A DNA stretch of 64,000 nt from Paraspadella gotoi (Eukaryota > Animalia > Chaetognatha). The notes under the pieces are model-generated. The model worked only from the letters and a program-made list of their open reading frames with translations. It did no database searches and had not been told where the DNA came from. Positions within the stretch are counted from its first letter, which is position 1. Each line of letters opens with the position of its first letter. The position numbers and the translations under genes were made by a program. Of this stretch, positions 13,659 to 25,809 are shown piece after piece. The stretch spans positions 5,383,962-5,447,961 of the forward strand of contig CM119264.1 of NCBI GenBank assembly GCA_051294375.1, given 5' to 3'.

Positions 13659-16278
13659 AGAATTGCAAAATTTTTTCCTAACTCAAAATCCATTATTCTC
13701 AAGTTTCAAAATATTTTTTTCCAAAATCATTCAATCAATTTTTTTTTATTAATTTAAAATGTTTTTATGATGTTGTTTTTGTTTGAAAGAATTGAAAAAA
13801 AGTGAAAAATATAATAATTATATAAGGTTTTTGGAAATACCTCTAAAATATTAGATAATTAGATACAAGAGGAGTAAGCAGAGAAAACTTCCCATTCATA
13901 AAAAAATTGAAAATGAATTTGTCATATTGTTATTTAGATTAATTGACTAATTACAAACATATGATTCATATAAATTGAGAAATGATGGGTAAAAAATATT
14001 TCATCTTGTCTCGGGTTAACTATTAAGTTATCGTTAAAATTTTGTTTTAATAATATTAATATTTTTTTGCATTTATAAAAGCAATGGTCTAAAATTTTGT
14101 AAGCGTTTCGAGCTATATTGCTTCATCTTTTTTACTATTTTTGATCTAGTTAGCTTTTTTGTTAATGGTCAAGGGTTATGGTCAGACACAGTAATGTCCA
14201 GTAGTGTATATCGCACATATTACCAAAAGTAATAATCAATTAATTTGGCTCAGAAACAATTTTAAGGGACAAAATCGCACGAGACAGCTAACGCGCCACG
14301 TTATTTTTCATTGTGTCCTATTCTGTTTTAGAACTTTTTTTAATTTATAATTTTTTTTAATTCTCTCTGTATCTTCAAGAAAAAGAGCCTCCGGATAAAG
14401 AATGGAAAAAAAAATGATTTCGTTTTTTTTAAGACTACTTAATACTTATACGTCTTACTAACTCCACAGTACTATCGCGAAAATTGTTTTGAAACTTGGA
14501 ATAATTACAATTTTAAAGTTGTTATGAAATTACTAAAAATAATTTTTGTATTTCATATTTGTATTTTTGTATGATAATATAAATCTCCTCTGTATTTTGT
14601 ATAGTTGGTAAAATAAATAATAACATTATTATTGTAAAGGTTAATCTTTTCTAATACAGGGAAGTCCAGCTCTAATGGAACTGCAGCACAAAGACGGTTA
14701 ATGATGAAAGGAAAGCGAAACTTTATTTGGAAACTAGGCTAATTTCTCTTTCGATCGATATCAAAAACGTCTGAAAAAAAATACAACAGCAATTCCTGTT
14801 TTTCGTAATATTTTTTCGCGCCATTCCTTTACAAAATATTTGGAAATTTTGGCAAAAATCAAGATGAAGCATAATGACTCCGGACTTTTGACCGCAGAGT
14901 TTTTCTGGTTGAATTTTGAAAATATATGATTGAGAAGAAGAATGTCCCACGCATCCCCTAACGAACTGTCAACTTTCTGACAGCGGCAATAATAGTAGGA
15001 ATGGTAGCATTTCCAATTTCTTTCTTTTTTTCTTTCTTTTTTCCTTCTTTCTTCAATTTTATTTATTTTCTTTCTTTCTACATATATCTTTATACATATA
15101 TCTTTCGCGATGACCGAAACAGCATTCTCCGCTGCATTCTCCGCAGCAAATCCGCAAGATAATCCGCAGCATTTCGGCGGCAGAAGTCTCTTCTTTCTTC
15201 CTTGAATCAAAAACAGGTTTTCTCTTTTCAAAACCGTTTATTACGCAAAGTAAGGAATATTTCAGGGATGAAAAGTAGTTCCCTCGAACATATGCTAGTT
15301 GCTAGAATGCTAGTTGAAGTACATTTACAAGTTATTATTGAAGCAAAAGAGCGAAAGATATTTATGAAAATCCTAGGTTTATTATTCACTTTAACTTCCT
15401 CAAATCCTTCTATCCTTACCTGTTTTTTCCCGACGGAAAGCAACAACGATGACGATCGGCAGCTGCGGCAGACCGTCGGGCTAGGCGAAGGTAAGAATCT
15501 CTCCTCAAAGACTTACCTGTCTCTCTCGACCAATCAGCGTCGACCTCTTCCGCGCTCTTAGCATACTCATCTCCAATCGAAACTCACCTTGGATCCTGAC
15601 TCAACCTCCGTTATGAAAAAAAACCGGATCGCGAAAAAAAAAAATTTTGGTCCCCTCCTTTCTATCGAGGCAGCCATTAGGAAAATTTAAAAAAATTGCG
15701 AATTAAAAATCAAAATATACAAAATATGCAAAAAATGTGTGGTAATAATGAATGAAAATTATCGGAAATCGTCGGTATTAAAGAAAGGTAAATAGACTTA
15801 TAACAAATTGACTCTAATAGGGTTCGGTTAAAAGTTCTTTCGACAAATTGAATCATCGGTAACTGGTTTTTCTATCAATATCGCTGACGTTCTCTATCAG
15901 CGATTAATCATGACATGTCACAATTAGAAACTTATTCATTGATAATTTCTTCAACAGTAAAACTGGGTTTCGTAACAACACACTTCGAAAATCATTTTTA
16001 AAAGTCGTTATCCTTTAGGTTAATATTTTGATTTTTTTCTGATTGAATTCTTCTTTAGTGTTTGATTGAAGATAAAATAAAAATCGAATTCAAATTCGAT
16101 TAAATGACGAATTGGACCTAATATAAAATATACGAAAAATAGATTGACATATTTTTTTCTCACGGAATTATTATTTTTTTTAGTAAAATAAAGCTTAAAA
16201 CAACTCGATATTAATTATCCGTTTACGATCTTCTATAATTCTTCTTACTCACCCACCCACCCCTAAATTGCAGCCACC

Positions 16279-17474
16279 ATGTCCACCCCCTCGACCATCT
16301 CCGTCTTTCTCTTCCTCTTCTCCCTCGCCTCCGCTCAAAACCCCAACCCACAACCGGCGCCCGGGAACCCCAAGAGCGCCCCCACCCCCACCCACGTCCA
16401 TCCCAACTACGTCATCCTCGGTCCGCGCGTCGTCCGACCCGGCGCGGACATCCGGGTGGGCGTGACCATCCTCGAATCCTGTCCGCACGAGTCCGTCGAC
16501 GTCTCGGCCTCCATCACGCGCAACGGGCTCGAACTCTCCGGCCACAAGAAGACCTTCTACCGCAACATCATGGACCAACTGCTCATGCAGATCCCCAAGA
16601 ACGCCCCCAACGGGACCTACGTGCTGACGACGCAGGGCAACGTGGGCGGGGCGGACGAAGGCTTCCTGTTTCGGCAGGAGACGCCGCTGGTGTACGACTC
16701 GAGATCCCTGGCCATCTTCATCCAGTTCTCGCAACCGATTCAGATCAACTCCAGACCAATCACGTTTAGGATCATCGCCCTGCAGAAGGACCTTTCGCCC
16801 TACACGGGGAACGTCGAGGTAAGGGGTTGTTATTGTCCTTGTTATTGTTGAGTTAAGTTAAGTTAAGTTAAGTTAAGTTAAGTTAAGTTAAGTTAAGTTA
16901 AGTTAAGTTAAGTTGTTTAAGTTGATAGAGATTTTAAGTGATTCGAAAATAAAAATTCGCAAGTATTCACGACAATGTTAGACAAAAAAAAAGTATTTAT
17001 TCATATAGTAAAAAATATTTTGTTTCGGCCTAATGTTAAAATAATCGCCGCCCCTTTTAAGGTACGCATCTTCGACGCGAACGGCATCACCTTCAAGTTC
17101 TACAAAAACGTCCGCTGCTTCCAAGGCATCGCCCAGATCTCCTTCGAACGCCCGACCACGACCTCTCGCTTCGCCTGGGAAGTGGACGTCCTGGCCCAGG
17201 GTCATCACTACAAGAACAAGTTCTACATGGGCAAGTACAAGCCGAACCGGATCGAGGTCAACGTGACCTCGCCCATGACGGTGGAAGATTCCACGGAAGA
17301 GTTCAGCGTGGACGTCTTCTCCCGCTACGTTTGGGATCAGCGATACTTGGAAGGGATGCTCAATCTGACGGCGACGATCGAGTCGGAGGACGGGAAGCAG
17401 ACTGGGAATGTGGTCAAGATCGTGGGGAGGTTTTACAAGGAGGTGGGCGAGAGAGAGAGAGACGAGAGAGAGAG

Positions 17475-17544
<70 letters not shown>

Positions 17545-17628
17545 AAAGAAAGAAAGAAAGAGAAGAAAAAAGAAAAAGAAGAGAAAAGGAGATAGAGAAT
17601 GATGAGGAGAGACAGAGAGATGAGAGAG

Positions 17629-17670
<42 letters not shown>

Positions 17671-18858
17671 AAGAAAGAAGAGAAAACAAAGAAAGAAGAA
17701 AGAAAGAAAAAGAAGAAAGAAAGAAAGAAAAGAAAGAAAGAAAGAAAGAAAAAAAAAAGAGAAAAACATTCCGAAATAGAACAAAAGATAAAAAATGAAA
17801 AAGAAACAGATCCATAATAAGACTAATCCAAGAAATCCAAGGAAGAAAAAAGAAGAAAGAAAAAAAAAGATACAAAAAAAAAAAAAGAAAGACAATAAAA
17901 GTAAAAAAAGAGAACAAAAAAAAAAAAGAACAAAAAAATAACGATAAAGAAAAAAGGAAATGAGAAAAAAGTCCACAGAAGAAAGACAGAGAAAGAACAA
18001 AGAAAGAAAGAAGAAAAAAAGAAAGAGAAGAAAGAAAAGAAAGAAAGAAAGAAACGAACGAACGAACGAACGAACGAACGTACGTACGTACGTTTCGTTT
18101 TTGTCAGTAGAATTATCTTAAAAAATTGACAAAAATAACAGAAATTTTTGTATAATGAACGGCTCATCGTTAAAAAGTATAAAATTGGCATATTTTACCA
18201 TTATAACAACAAACACACCACTATCCACTTTCTCCCAAAGGTCCGCGTCCACTACCGAATGAGCGAGTTCAAACGCTTCGTCGACAAACTCGACGGCAGC
18301 CGAATCAAATTCATCGCTTACGTCACCGAACCGGAGTGGGACGACCACGTCACAGGCTTCTCCTTTACGCGCGTCTCCACCAAGAAACTCAACGTGCGTT
18401 TCCTTGGCAACGCGCCTTACGTCTTCAAACCCAACATGCCGTTCTCGTTTCAAGTCGTGGCTTTTCTTAGCGACAGGACGGACAGGTATTTCTTATGCGA
18501 TGCTTTTTAACAATTTATTAGTCGTGTTTTCAACTTTATATTTTGAGTATCACAGTATTACATTAGCATCCTTATTCCTATCAGTAAAAAAAAAAAACTT
18601 TGCAAGATTATAATTATTTTTAAATATCCAATTTGTTACACAGGTTGCCAGGCAACCGACGGATCACGGCCGAGGTCAACGGGCAGATAATCGATCAACC
18701 GTTGAGGGACGACGGCGTCGCCCGGTTTGAGATCGTGGCGCCGCAGGGACCCGACTCCTTCAACATCAGGTTGGGGAAGTGAGAGGGTGGAGCGCCGAAG
18801 CGGTGAGGGGGGGGGCAGAAGTTGCAATTTGCGAAAAAGAGGTATAATAATAAAAAAG

Positions 18859-18949
<91 letters not shown>

Positions 18950-18962
18950 GTAATAATAATAA

Positions 18963-18993
<31 letters not shown>

Positions 18994-21900
18994 AATAATT
19001 AAAAGTATAATTAAGTAATTAATCATCTAGCTATTAATTGAACCACAAAGAAACATGATCATTTGCCAATGTAAAATATCAACAATATTAATCCTTCACG
19101 AAAATTTTTCAAAACTTGATCAAAACACATGTAAATGAGATTGACTCATTTGAAATCATTCACAAATTAATCTGCTACACATGTTTATCATTTTTTTATG
19201 TTATTGTTTACAGTAAGTCTATTCGGTTTCTGTTTTGTTTTTTTTTAATTGGAATAAGTGAAAAAAAACCAAAATAATAAAAGCGTAAAAAAATGAAACA
19301 AATTACCTAAATTTCGAATTGAATTACAAAAATAATTTTATATTCAAACTTTACTATATTATCAGTAAGGTTTTCATTGCTAATTTTTAGCTAATGATTG
19401 CCATTTGCGTTTTTCCCCCCGAGGTCGGTTATTTTCTCATTTAAAAGCATGAAAAATACAATAAAAAATATTAATAATTGTAAATTATCTCCGCTTTCTA
19501 GAGCCTACTACGACCGGGACCAATCCATCTCGGACACCATCACCGCCGTCAAGCAACACTCCGAGAAGAACCAATACATCCACATCACAACCTCCACCGC
19601 CACTCCCACAGTCGGCCGCTACCTCATCCTTCACATCTACTCGGACTACAGCCTCGAGTTCGTTCAGTACGCGGTCCTCTCCGCCAGCACCCTCGTCGCC
19701 GAAGGCCGGGTTCGCATGCTCAACCGACAGGCCACCTTCGACATCGCCATCACCAACGCCATGTTCCCGTCGGCTCACATCGTCGTCTATCACGTCGGAA
19801 AGGACGGACGCGTCGTGGCCGACGCTTTGCACTTTCACGCCAATCAGGACAAGGACAATCGGATCAAAGTGTCGGCTCACACGTCCAAAGACCCCAACAA
19901 GCGGGTCATGGAGATCGTGGCGGAGGCTTTGCCGGGATCCTACGTCGGATTCTCGGCCGTCAACTTTTTTCAACACGCGTTGGCCGGCGGTTGGGGCGTG
20001 ACGGAGCAGAAGCTCAATCACGAATTGGCCAAGTTCGACCGGTTCACGCACAGTGCCAGCAAGTTCACGTTTAAGGGCGCTGAGCAGGTAAGGATTGGAT
20101 TCGATAAACGCCTTACCCCCCGGGGCATCGCACATGTCTCCCCGTTGCCATACGACATTTTTTAAAAAAATTTACCTCCCTCCCTCCCTCCCTCTCTCTG
20201 TCCCCCAAAGGGTCACGCGGACCGCACCGTCTTCATGCCCTCTTCGACCCGAGGCGTCGACGTGGCCTCTCTCCTCGAAGGCGCCGGCTTCGTCATGTTC
20301 ACCGACGCCCTCGTCTCCGACCTCTTCTCACAAACCTGCAACCGGAGCCTCCACGCGGGCATGTGCTCCGACCGCACTTGCTACAGCTGGGCGGAAAAGT
20401 GCAACGGCGTCGTGGTCTGCAACGACGGCAGCGACGAGGGCAACTGCGTCGATCCAGTCGAGGAGGCGCTGATGGACCCTTACTCGCGGGCGATCGAAAA
20501 ATTCGAGTCGACGAATCCCGTCACCTCGATGTTCTACCCCACCGATTGGGCGTTTCAGGTGAGAGGATGGGAGGGACGGGTTGTCACAGTGATTGGTTGA
20601 CTGAAAGGAAAATAAATTAGTTTCTATTTTAGTAGTTTAATGATCTATAATAAAAATTATTTTGGTTATACTAATTTTGAAACAAAAGCCCAATTTTTTT
20701 TTTAGAATGACTAGAAAAGAAAAGAATCACAAAATTAATTAATTAATCAATCGTTGGATCATTCAATCAATCAATAATTATACTATCGGTCGATTGGTGA
20801 ATTAGTCAATCAATCAGTCAGCTAATCAATCAATCAATCGAAAAACGAATAAATTAATCTATCCTTTAAGCAATCAGTTCAACCAATCACTCATTTTTTT
20901 CTCGCCACATCCAGGAAAAAATGGTTGACTACTACGGCAAAGCCATCATCTCTGTGGAGATCCCCGATTTCGAAACGACTTACGCCGTCACCGCCTTCGC
21001 CATCCATCGACACAGGGGACTCCAGCTCTTCGAATTTCCAGCGTTCGTCGAAGGAACTCCTTACTTCGCCCTCCGCCTCCAAGGCCCCTACGACGGGGCG
21101 CGCCTGGGCGAGCAGATCGGCATCATGGCGTCGGTGGTGAACAACCTCAACGTCGACTTGGAGGCGCTGGTGTCGCTCCGTAGATCCGACGACTACGACT
21201 TCGTTCTCGTCGATGATTTCAATTACATCCGGGCCTACAATCCGATCACAGCCGGAGGAAAGGACTTCGAGACGCTCGTCGTCGTCAAGGCCAAGTCCAG
21301 CAAGTTGCTCCACTTTCCCATCGTCGCCAAAAAGCTGGGGATGTTGAAGGTCACCGTCGATTGCAAGACGAGCATCTCCACGGAAACGGACGTGTTCGAG
21401 ATGCTCATCGAGCCGCAGGGTTAGTTGGTAGTGGGGGGGGGTTGGAGAGAGATGATGACGGGTTTTGGTCTATTTATTTAGACTTTTTAATCGGAAACAA
21501 TATCAAATTAAATCTATTCTGTCAGTATTAACTTAATTATCATATTTGATGTCAAAATGAGTTCCCACAGAGTTGTGAATTCGGCTTAAATGTAAGTGTC
21601 CTCGCTCGGAATTGAACCGGAGACCTCGTGCGTGTGAAACACATGTGCTAACCGCTACACCACGATGACGTCTTCGTAGGAAATAAAATTTGGATTTAAA
21701 TAAATTATATAAAATATAAAATATACTTATAAATTTAAAAAAGTCGCGACGAGGATGGGATTCGAACCCACGCGTGAAGATCACATTGGATTAGCAGTCC
21801 AACGCCTTAACCGCTCGGCCACCTCGTCATCTGATATAAAAACGATAAATAATCTTATTTATAAACAATTTTCAAGTTTCTTCCGTTTTTCACTTCACTT

Positions 21901-24392
21901 CCTGACAGTTAAAGCGTGTAATGCGACATTCATATCATTTTGTTTATTCAATTTTTAATCGAAGTCACTTATAATTTTTCCCCTTTTTTTGTTTACTCCT
22001 TTCTGCCCCCCTCCCCCACTTTCAGGGGTCAAGATCGACGAGTACACCTCAATCCTGATCGACCTCATGGAGACGGCCAAGTACCAAGACTTTGTCATGG
22101 TCCCGCTCCCCGAGCGCTACAAGGTTCCGCTCAAGTCCGAGTACAAGTTCGTGCCCGGATCCCGCAGCTCCGAGATCACCCTCGTCGGCGACGTCATGGG
22201 CAACAATCTGATTCATCCGGTGCTGCGGACGGAAGACTTGATCGATCTCGAGTACTATTCGGGAGACTCGGTGCTGTTCAGCATCGCGTCGAACCTGATC
22301 ACCCTCCGCTACTTGAAGGACTCTGACTTTCTAACCATCGACCAGCTGCAGGACTCGATGGCCGGCGTCAACAAGATGTACGCCCGCCTCTTGTCCCACT
22401 TTAAATCCGACGGGTCGTTCCGCCCATTTCGCGGCGCCACTCTGGGCAACCTCTGGTTCACGGCCAACGTCTACAAGTATCTCCGCATCGGTCAGATCCC
22501 CGAGTGGGAGAACATCTTCTTCGTCGACAACAAGCTGCTGGAACGGTCGCTGTTCTGGATGCTGCGGTGGCAGCGCAACACGACGGAGAAGGTGGACCTT
22601 CACAAACGCGGCTGCTTCTACGAACCCTTCAACATCACTTGGGATTACTACCATTATCTCTCCGACTTTGAACGGGACAACAACACCGAACTCGCTCTCA
22701 CCGCCCACGTGCTCATCGCTTTGGCCGAGCAGCCTCGCTACACGCTGGGCGAGATCGGGAGCCGGATCAACACGGCCATCGGTAACGCCATGCGATGTCT
22801 GGAAAACAACATGAAGTGGATCTTGACGGAGAAGGGAAAGGACGATCCCCACTTCGTCAACCTCATCACTTACGCCTTACAAGTGACGGGGAGTCAGAAG
22901 AAGGAAGAGGCCTGGGATCAGATGCAACGTTTGAAAAAAGGTGAGTGTTGAGCGAAAAAGGGCATAGTCAGCTGGAATCGCAAGAATAATTAAAAGTATG
23001 ATTTAAAGTAATTATGATAATTAAATAATTTAAAAGTATTTATTAAAAGTAATTATGATAATTAAATAATTAATTATTTAGCTATTAATTGAACCATAAA
23101 CAAACATGATCATTTTCCAACGTGAAATATTAATGTTAAACCTTCAGTGCATTAGAACAAAAACTTATCAAAGCTTAATCAGAATACGAGAATATGCAAA
23201 TGAGATTTAGTTTCTCAAATGAAATTAATACATAAATTAATCTGCTACAGGAACTATCGACACATATTGGACTCTGGACGGGAACGACATTCCGGAAGTG
23301 ACGCGAACCAAATTGGCCAATTTTCCTCGTCAACTCTTGATGCCGCTCAAAGATTCCAATTTTGACTCTTTGACCATCGGAGCGACGGCGTTCGGACTCA
23401 TGACCTACATAGAACGACTCGATGAGAACAGAGCAGACATCGTCAAGTTCCTCAGCAGACGCCGCCCGTTCCGCTGGGGCTGGCGATCTACTCGAGGCAC
23501 CCTTCTTGCTTTGGAGGCCTTGCGCAAATTCGCCCGGCTCGAGTTTAAGCGGCCGCAATTTGATATGACGGTCTCGCTGAATATGTCGCTGACCCCGCCG
23601 GTGCGGCACACCTTCGACAACCTCCACAAAAAGTCGCTGCCCATCTGCCAGACCATTCATGTGCCCGACGCCTGGGGTCAGTTGGAGCTCCATGCCAACG
23701 GCACGGGCTACGCCCTATTCGGCATGTTGGCCACGATGTACGTGGAGCACGAGGATCAATACTTCGAACGCAATCCTCCTTTGACGAGCGACTGGGCAAA
23801 CCTCAACACCGCCAACGATCCTCAGCCATTCGATCTTCGCTGGGATATCCAATTCTCTGGCCGCAACATGTCCACCATGCATTGGAAGATCAAGTTGCGC
23901 TGGCGGAAGACCGAAATCGCCGTCCGCAGCAACATGGCCGTGCTGAAGATCGACATGCCGTCCGGATACCAGGCATGGGACGAGGACATAGTCAACTACG
24001 CCTACAACAGCCTGGCCACGGGGACCGTCCCCAATCTGGTGCGCGCCAAAAGCACCCGAGCAGCCGTCTTCTTCTACTTCCAATATCTGGACACCTCGTG
24101 GACGCAACTCGAGTTCGACGTCAAACGATGGTTCCCCGTCGCCAACGTCACCCAATGGCACGAGATCAAAGTCTACGATTACTACGAGCCAATGATCACC
24201 ACCATGAGGATGTACGACACCATTGGACTCAAGAATCTGGACATTTGCAAAGTTTGCGGGAGCTTTCAATGCCCCTATTGCTATCACTACAACGGGGCGA
24301 CATCTTTGGGAGCCTCGGTTCTGGTTGTTGTCCTTGTGGCCATCGTCGCCGTGTTGAACTCTTTTTTTAAATTCCAGGATGGAATAATTTGA
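16279..24392 (+). CDS. Mcr: Macroglobulin complement-related protein (alpha-2-macroglobulin/TEP family, LDLa domain, no thioester, C-terminal hydrophobic anchor), ~1595 aa; exons 16279-16818, 17062-17442, 18241-18485, 18644-18769, 19502-20087, 20211-20558, 20915-21419, 22026-22940, 23251-24392
   Basis: Signal peptide, YVILGPRVVRPG (A2M N-terminus), LDLa motif CNRSLHAGMCSDRTCYSWAEKCNGVVVCNDGSDEGNC, EIPDFETTYAVTAF, FVPGSRSSEITLVGDVMG, DGSFRPF..NLWFTANV, receptor-binding domain SNMAVLKIDMPSGY..IKVYDYYEP, Mcr-type tail LDICKVCGSFQCPYC plus a hydrophobic segment. All exon phases are consistent. Confidence 0.92.
17448..18095. repeat. Compound microsatellite intron, (GA)n-(GAAA)n-(GAAC)n-(GTAC)n
   Basis: Directly visible. 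Similar simple repeats occur at 5270-5375 (GAAA), 7515-7627 (CT), 18861-18998 (AAT), 25680-25809 (GATA), 26700-26836 (GAGT), 27495-27600 (GATT), 30768-30862 (ATT), 32527-32743, 36273-36555 (GAAT/GATT), 42100-42192 (CTTT), 49175-49274 and 51127-51506 (GA). Confidence 0.95.
21597..21669 (-). tRNA. tRNA-Val(CAC), possibly degenerate
   Basis: GTCATCGTGGTGTAGCGGTTAGCACATGTGTTTCACACGCACGAGGTCTCCGGTTCAATTCCGAGCGAGGACA, 73 nt. Cloverleaf with anticodon CAC; one acceptor-stem and one T-stem mismatch. Confidence 0.75.
21747..21828 (-). tRNA. tRNA-Ser(GCT)
   Basis: GACGAGGTGGCCGAGCGGTTAAGGCGTTGGACTGCTAATCCAATGTGATCTTCACGCGTGGGTTCGAATCCCATCCTCGTCG, 82 nt with long variable arm. A T6 Pol III terminator follows just downstream on the minus strand. 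Confidence 0.95.
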
Positions 24393-24811
24393 GAAAAAGT
24401 ATTAAAGTTTGTTTGAAAGATTTTCAAGAAAGTGTTTGTGGATCTCTTTGATTTGTTACATTTTTTTTCCTTTTCCCGTATGTAGTATTCATAATCGATA
24501 GAGAAATGGTTTTATAAATAATGTAAATATAAATAATTTTGTCTTTGTTTGATGACGATCGCTCTTTTGTGATTCTACAAAAGGATAATGTGAGTGTAAA
24601 TGTGATTGTAAATATTTTATTATGTTGAGTTTTTAATCCCCGCATTTCTTTGTATTTCAGTTGAACCGAATCTGTTAATTCAGCATATTGTGTACAAATT
24701 GACGAAAATTTTCAATCAATAAAAAATTTACAGAACAATATTTGTGATAAATTATGAGGAAAACAGAATAAGTGTCATAAACACAAACATATATAATAAT
24801 ACATATGCGTT

Positions 24812-25691
24812 TTATTTGATGTTTTGATACAAAATATCGAGACTCGTCGTTCGTCTTGATGATTTTCGTCTCGTCGTCATTGTTGTTGTTGTAGAAGTAT
24901 TCTTTTGTTTTTCAATAGGTAATTCTATCCCTTCAGCGACCTCTACTTTCGAGTTTGAGGGACTAAAAACTTCTTTTCCCGAAGACGCTTCAGCGATTGT
25001 CTTTTGTTGCTCTTCGCTTACAGGCGAAGTAGTTTCCATATTTCCCGGAAGGTTAAGTTTCGGCGCTAACTCTTTTCGCTCATCCTGGCTCCACTTTTGT
25101 TCTTCGTTAACGGCGTAAATTGTGTCCATGTATGCGATCGCTAATTCTCCAACGAGGGATCTGAAACGGAAATTTTTTTTGAAAAAACTTTCAAGAAAGT
25201 GCTGTGATGGTAAGAATTAAGAAAAGTCAAGCCTACCCACTAGCCTATGTATTGAAGTTTATTTTTAACGATACAACTAATTAAGGGCAGTTTTAAATTT
25301 TTTCGCTCGCACACATCCAAATTAGAGAATGACAAAGGGCAAATAAATTAATTTTTAATCCATAATCCTCTTTAAAATTTCAACGAGCGCCGACCTGTCT
25401 TCGATGGCTGCCGCCATGCCGTAAATGGCGCCGACGCCGCCGCACTTCCGCGCCGGATCCTTCATGATCTCCTTCGTGGCGCCGGCAATGTCGAGAAGGA
25501 AGTCGTCGGCGACGGAGTCTTGAGTTTGCATAAGCGTGACGCAGATGTGGAAGCAGGGGGGGAACTGGATGGATGGATAGATGGGTTGATTGATTGATTG
25601 ATTTGAGTGATTTGAGTGATTTTATTAATTGATAACAAGGGGGAATTAGAAAGATAGATAATATTAGATAATTAGATTAGATAGAAATCAA

Positions 25692-25731
<40 letters not shown>

Positions 25732-25732
25732 T

Positions 25733-25809
<77 letters not shown>

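Larger units (their letters stand above)
8720..14318. mobile_element. Non-autonomous DNA transposon with ~40 bp TIRs and flanking TA; carries a nested LTR element
   Basis: 8720-8760 (T)GACACAATGAAAAATAACGTGGCGTTACTGTTCCGTGCAT matches the reverse complement of 14274-14318, (G)GACACAATGAAAAATAACGTGGCGCGTTAGCTGTCTCGTGCGAT. TA on both outer sides (8718-8719, 14319-14320). No transposase recognised. Confidence 0.7.

Noticed and set aside
14723-15561. ORFs upstream of Mcr
   Set aside because: AT-rich, no motifs or exon-like codon bias; 15430-15490 looks like an Mcr 5'UTR exon ending at AG|GTAAGA.
16978-18000. Long ORFs made of ER/SL/F/K/I/N runs (also at 5107-5394, 7433-7694, 18727-19026, 30408-31016, 32489-33263, 51007-51606, 57431-57818)
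   Set aside because: Translations of microsatellites or N gaps in introns and intergenic DNA.
19485-24370. Antisense and alternative-frame ORFs over Mcr exons
   Set aside because: Shadow ORFs caused by GC3-rich codon usage of the real gene.
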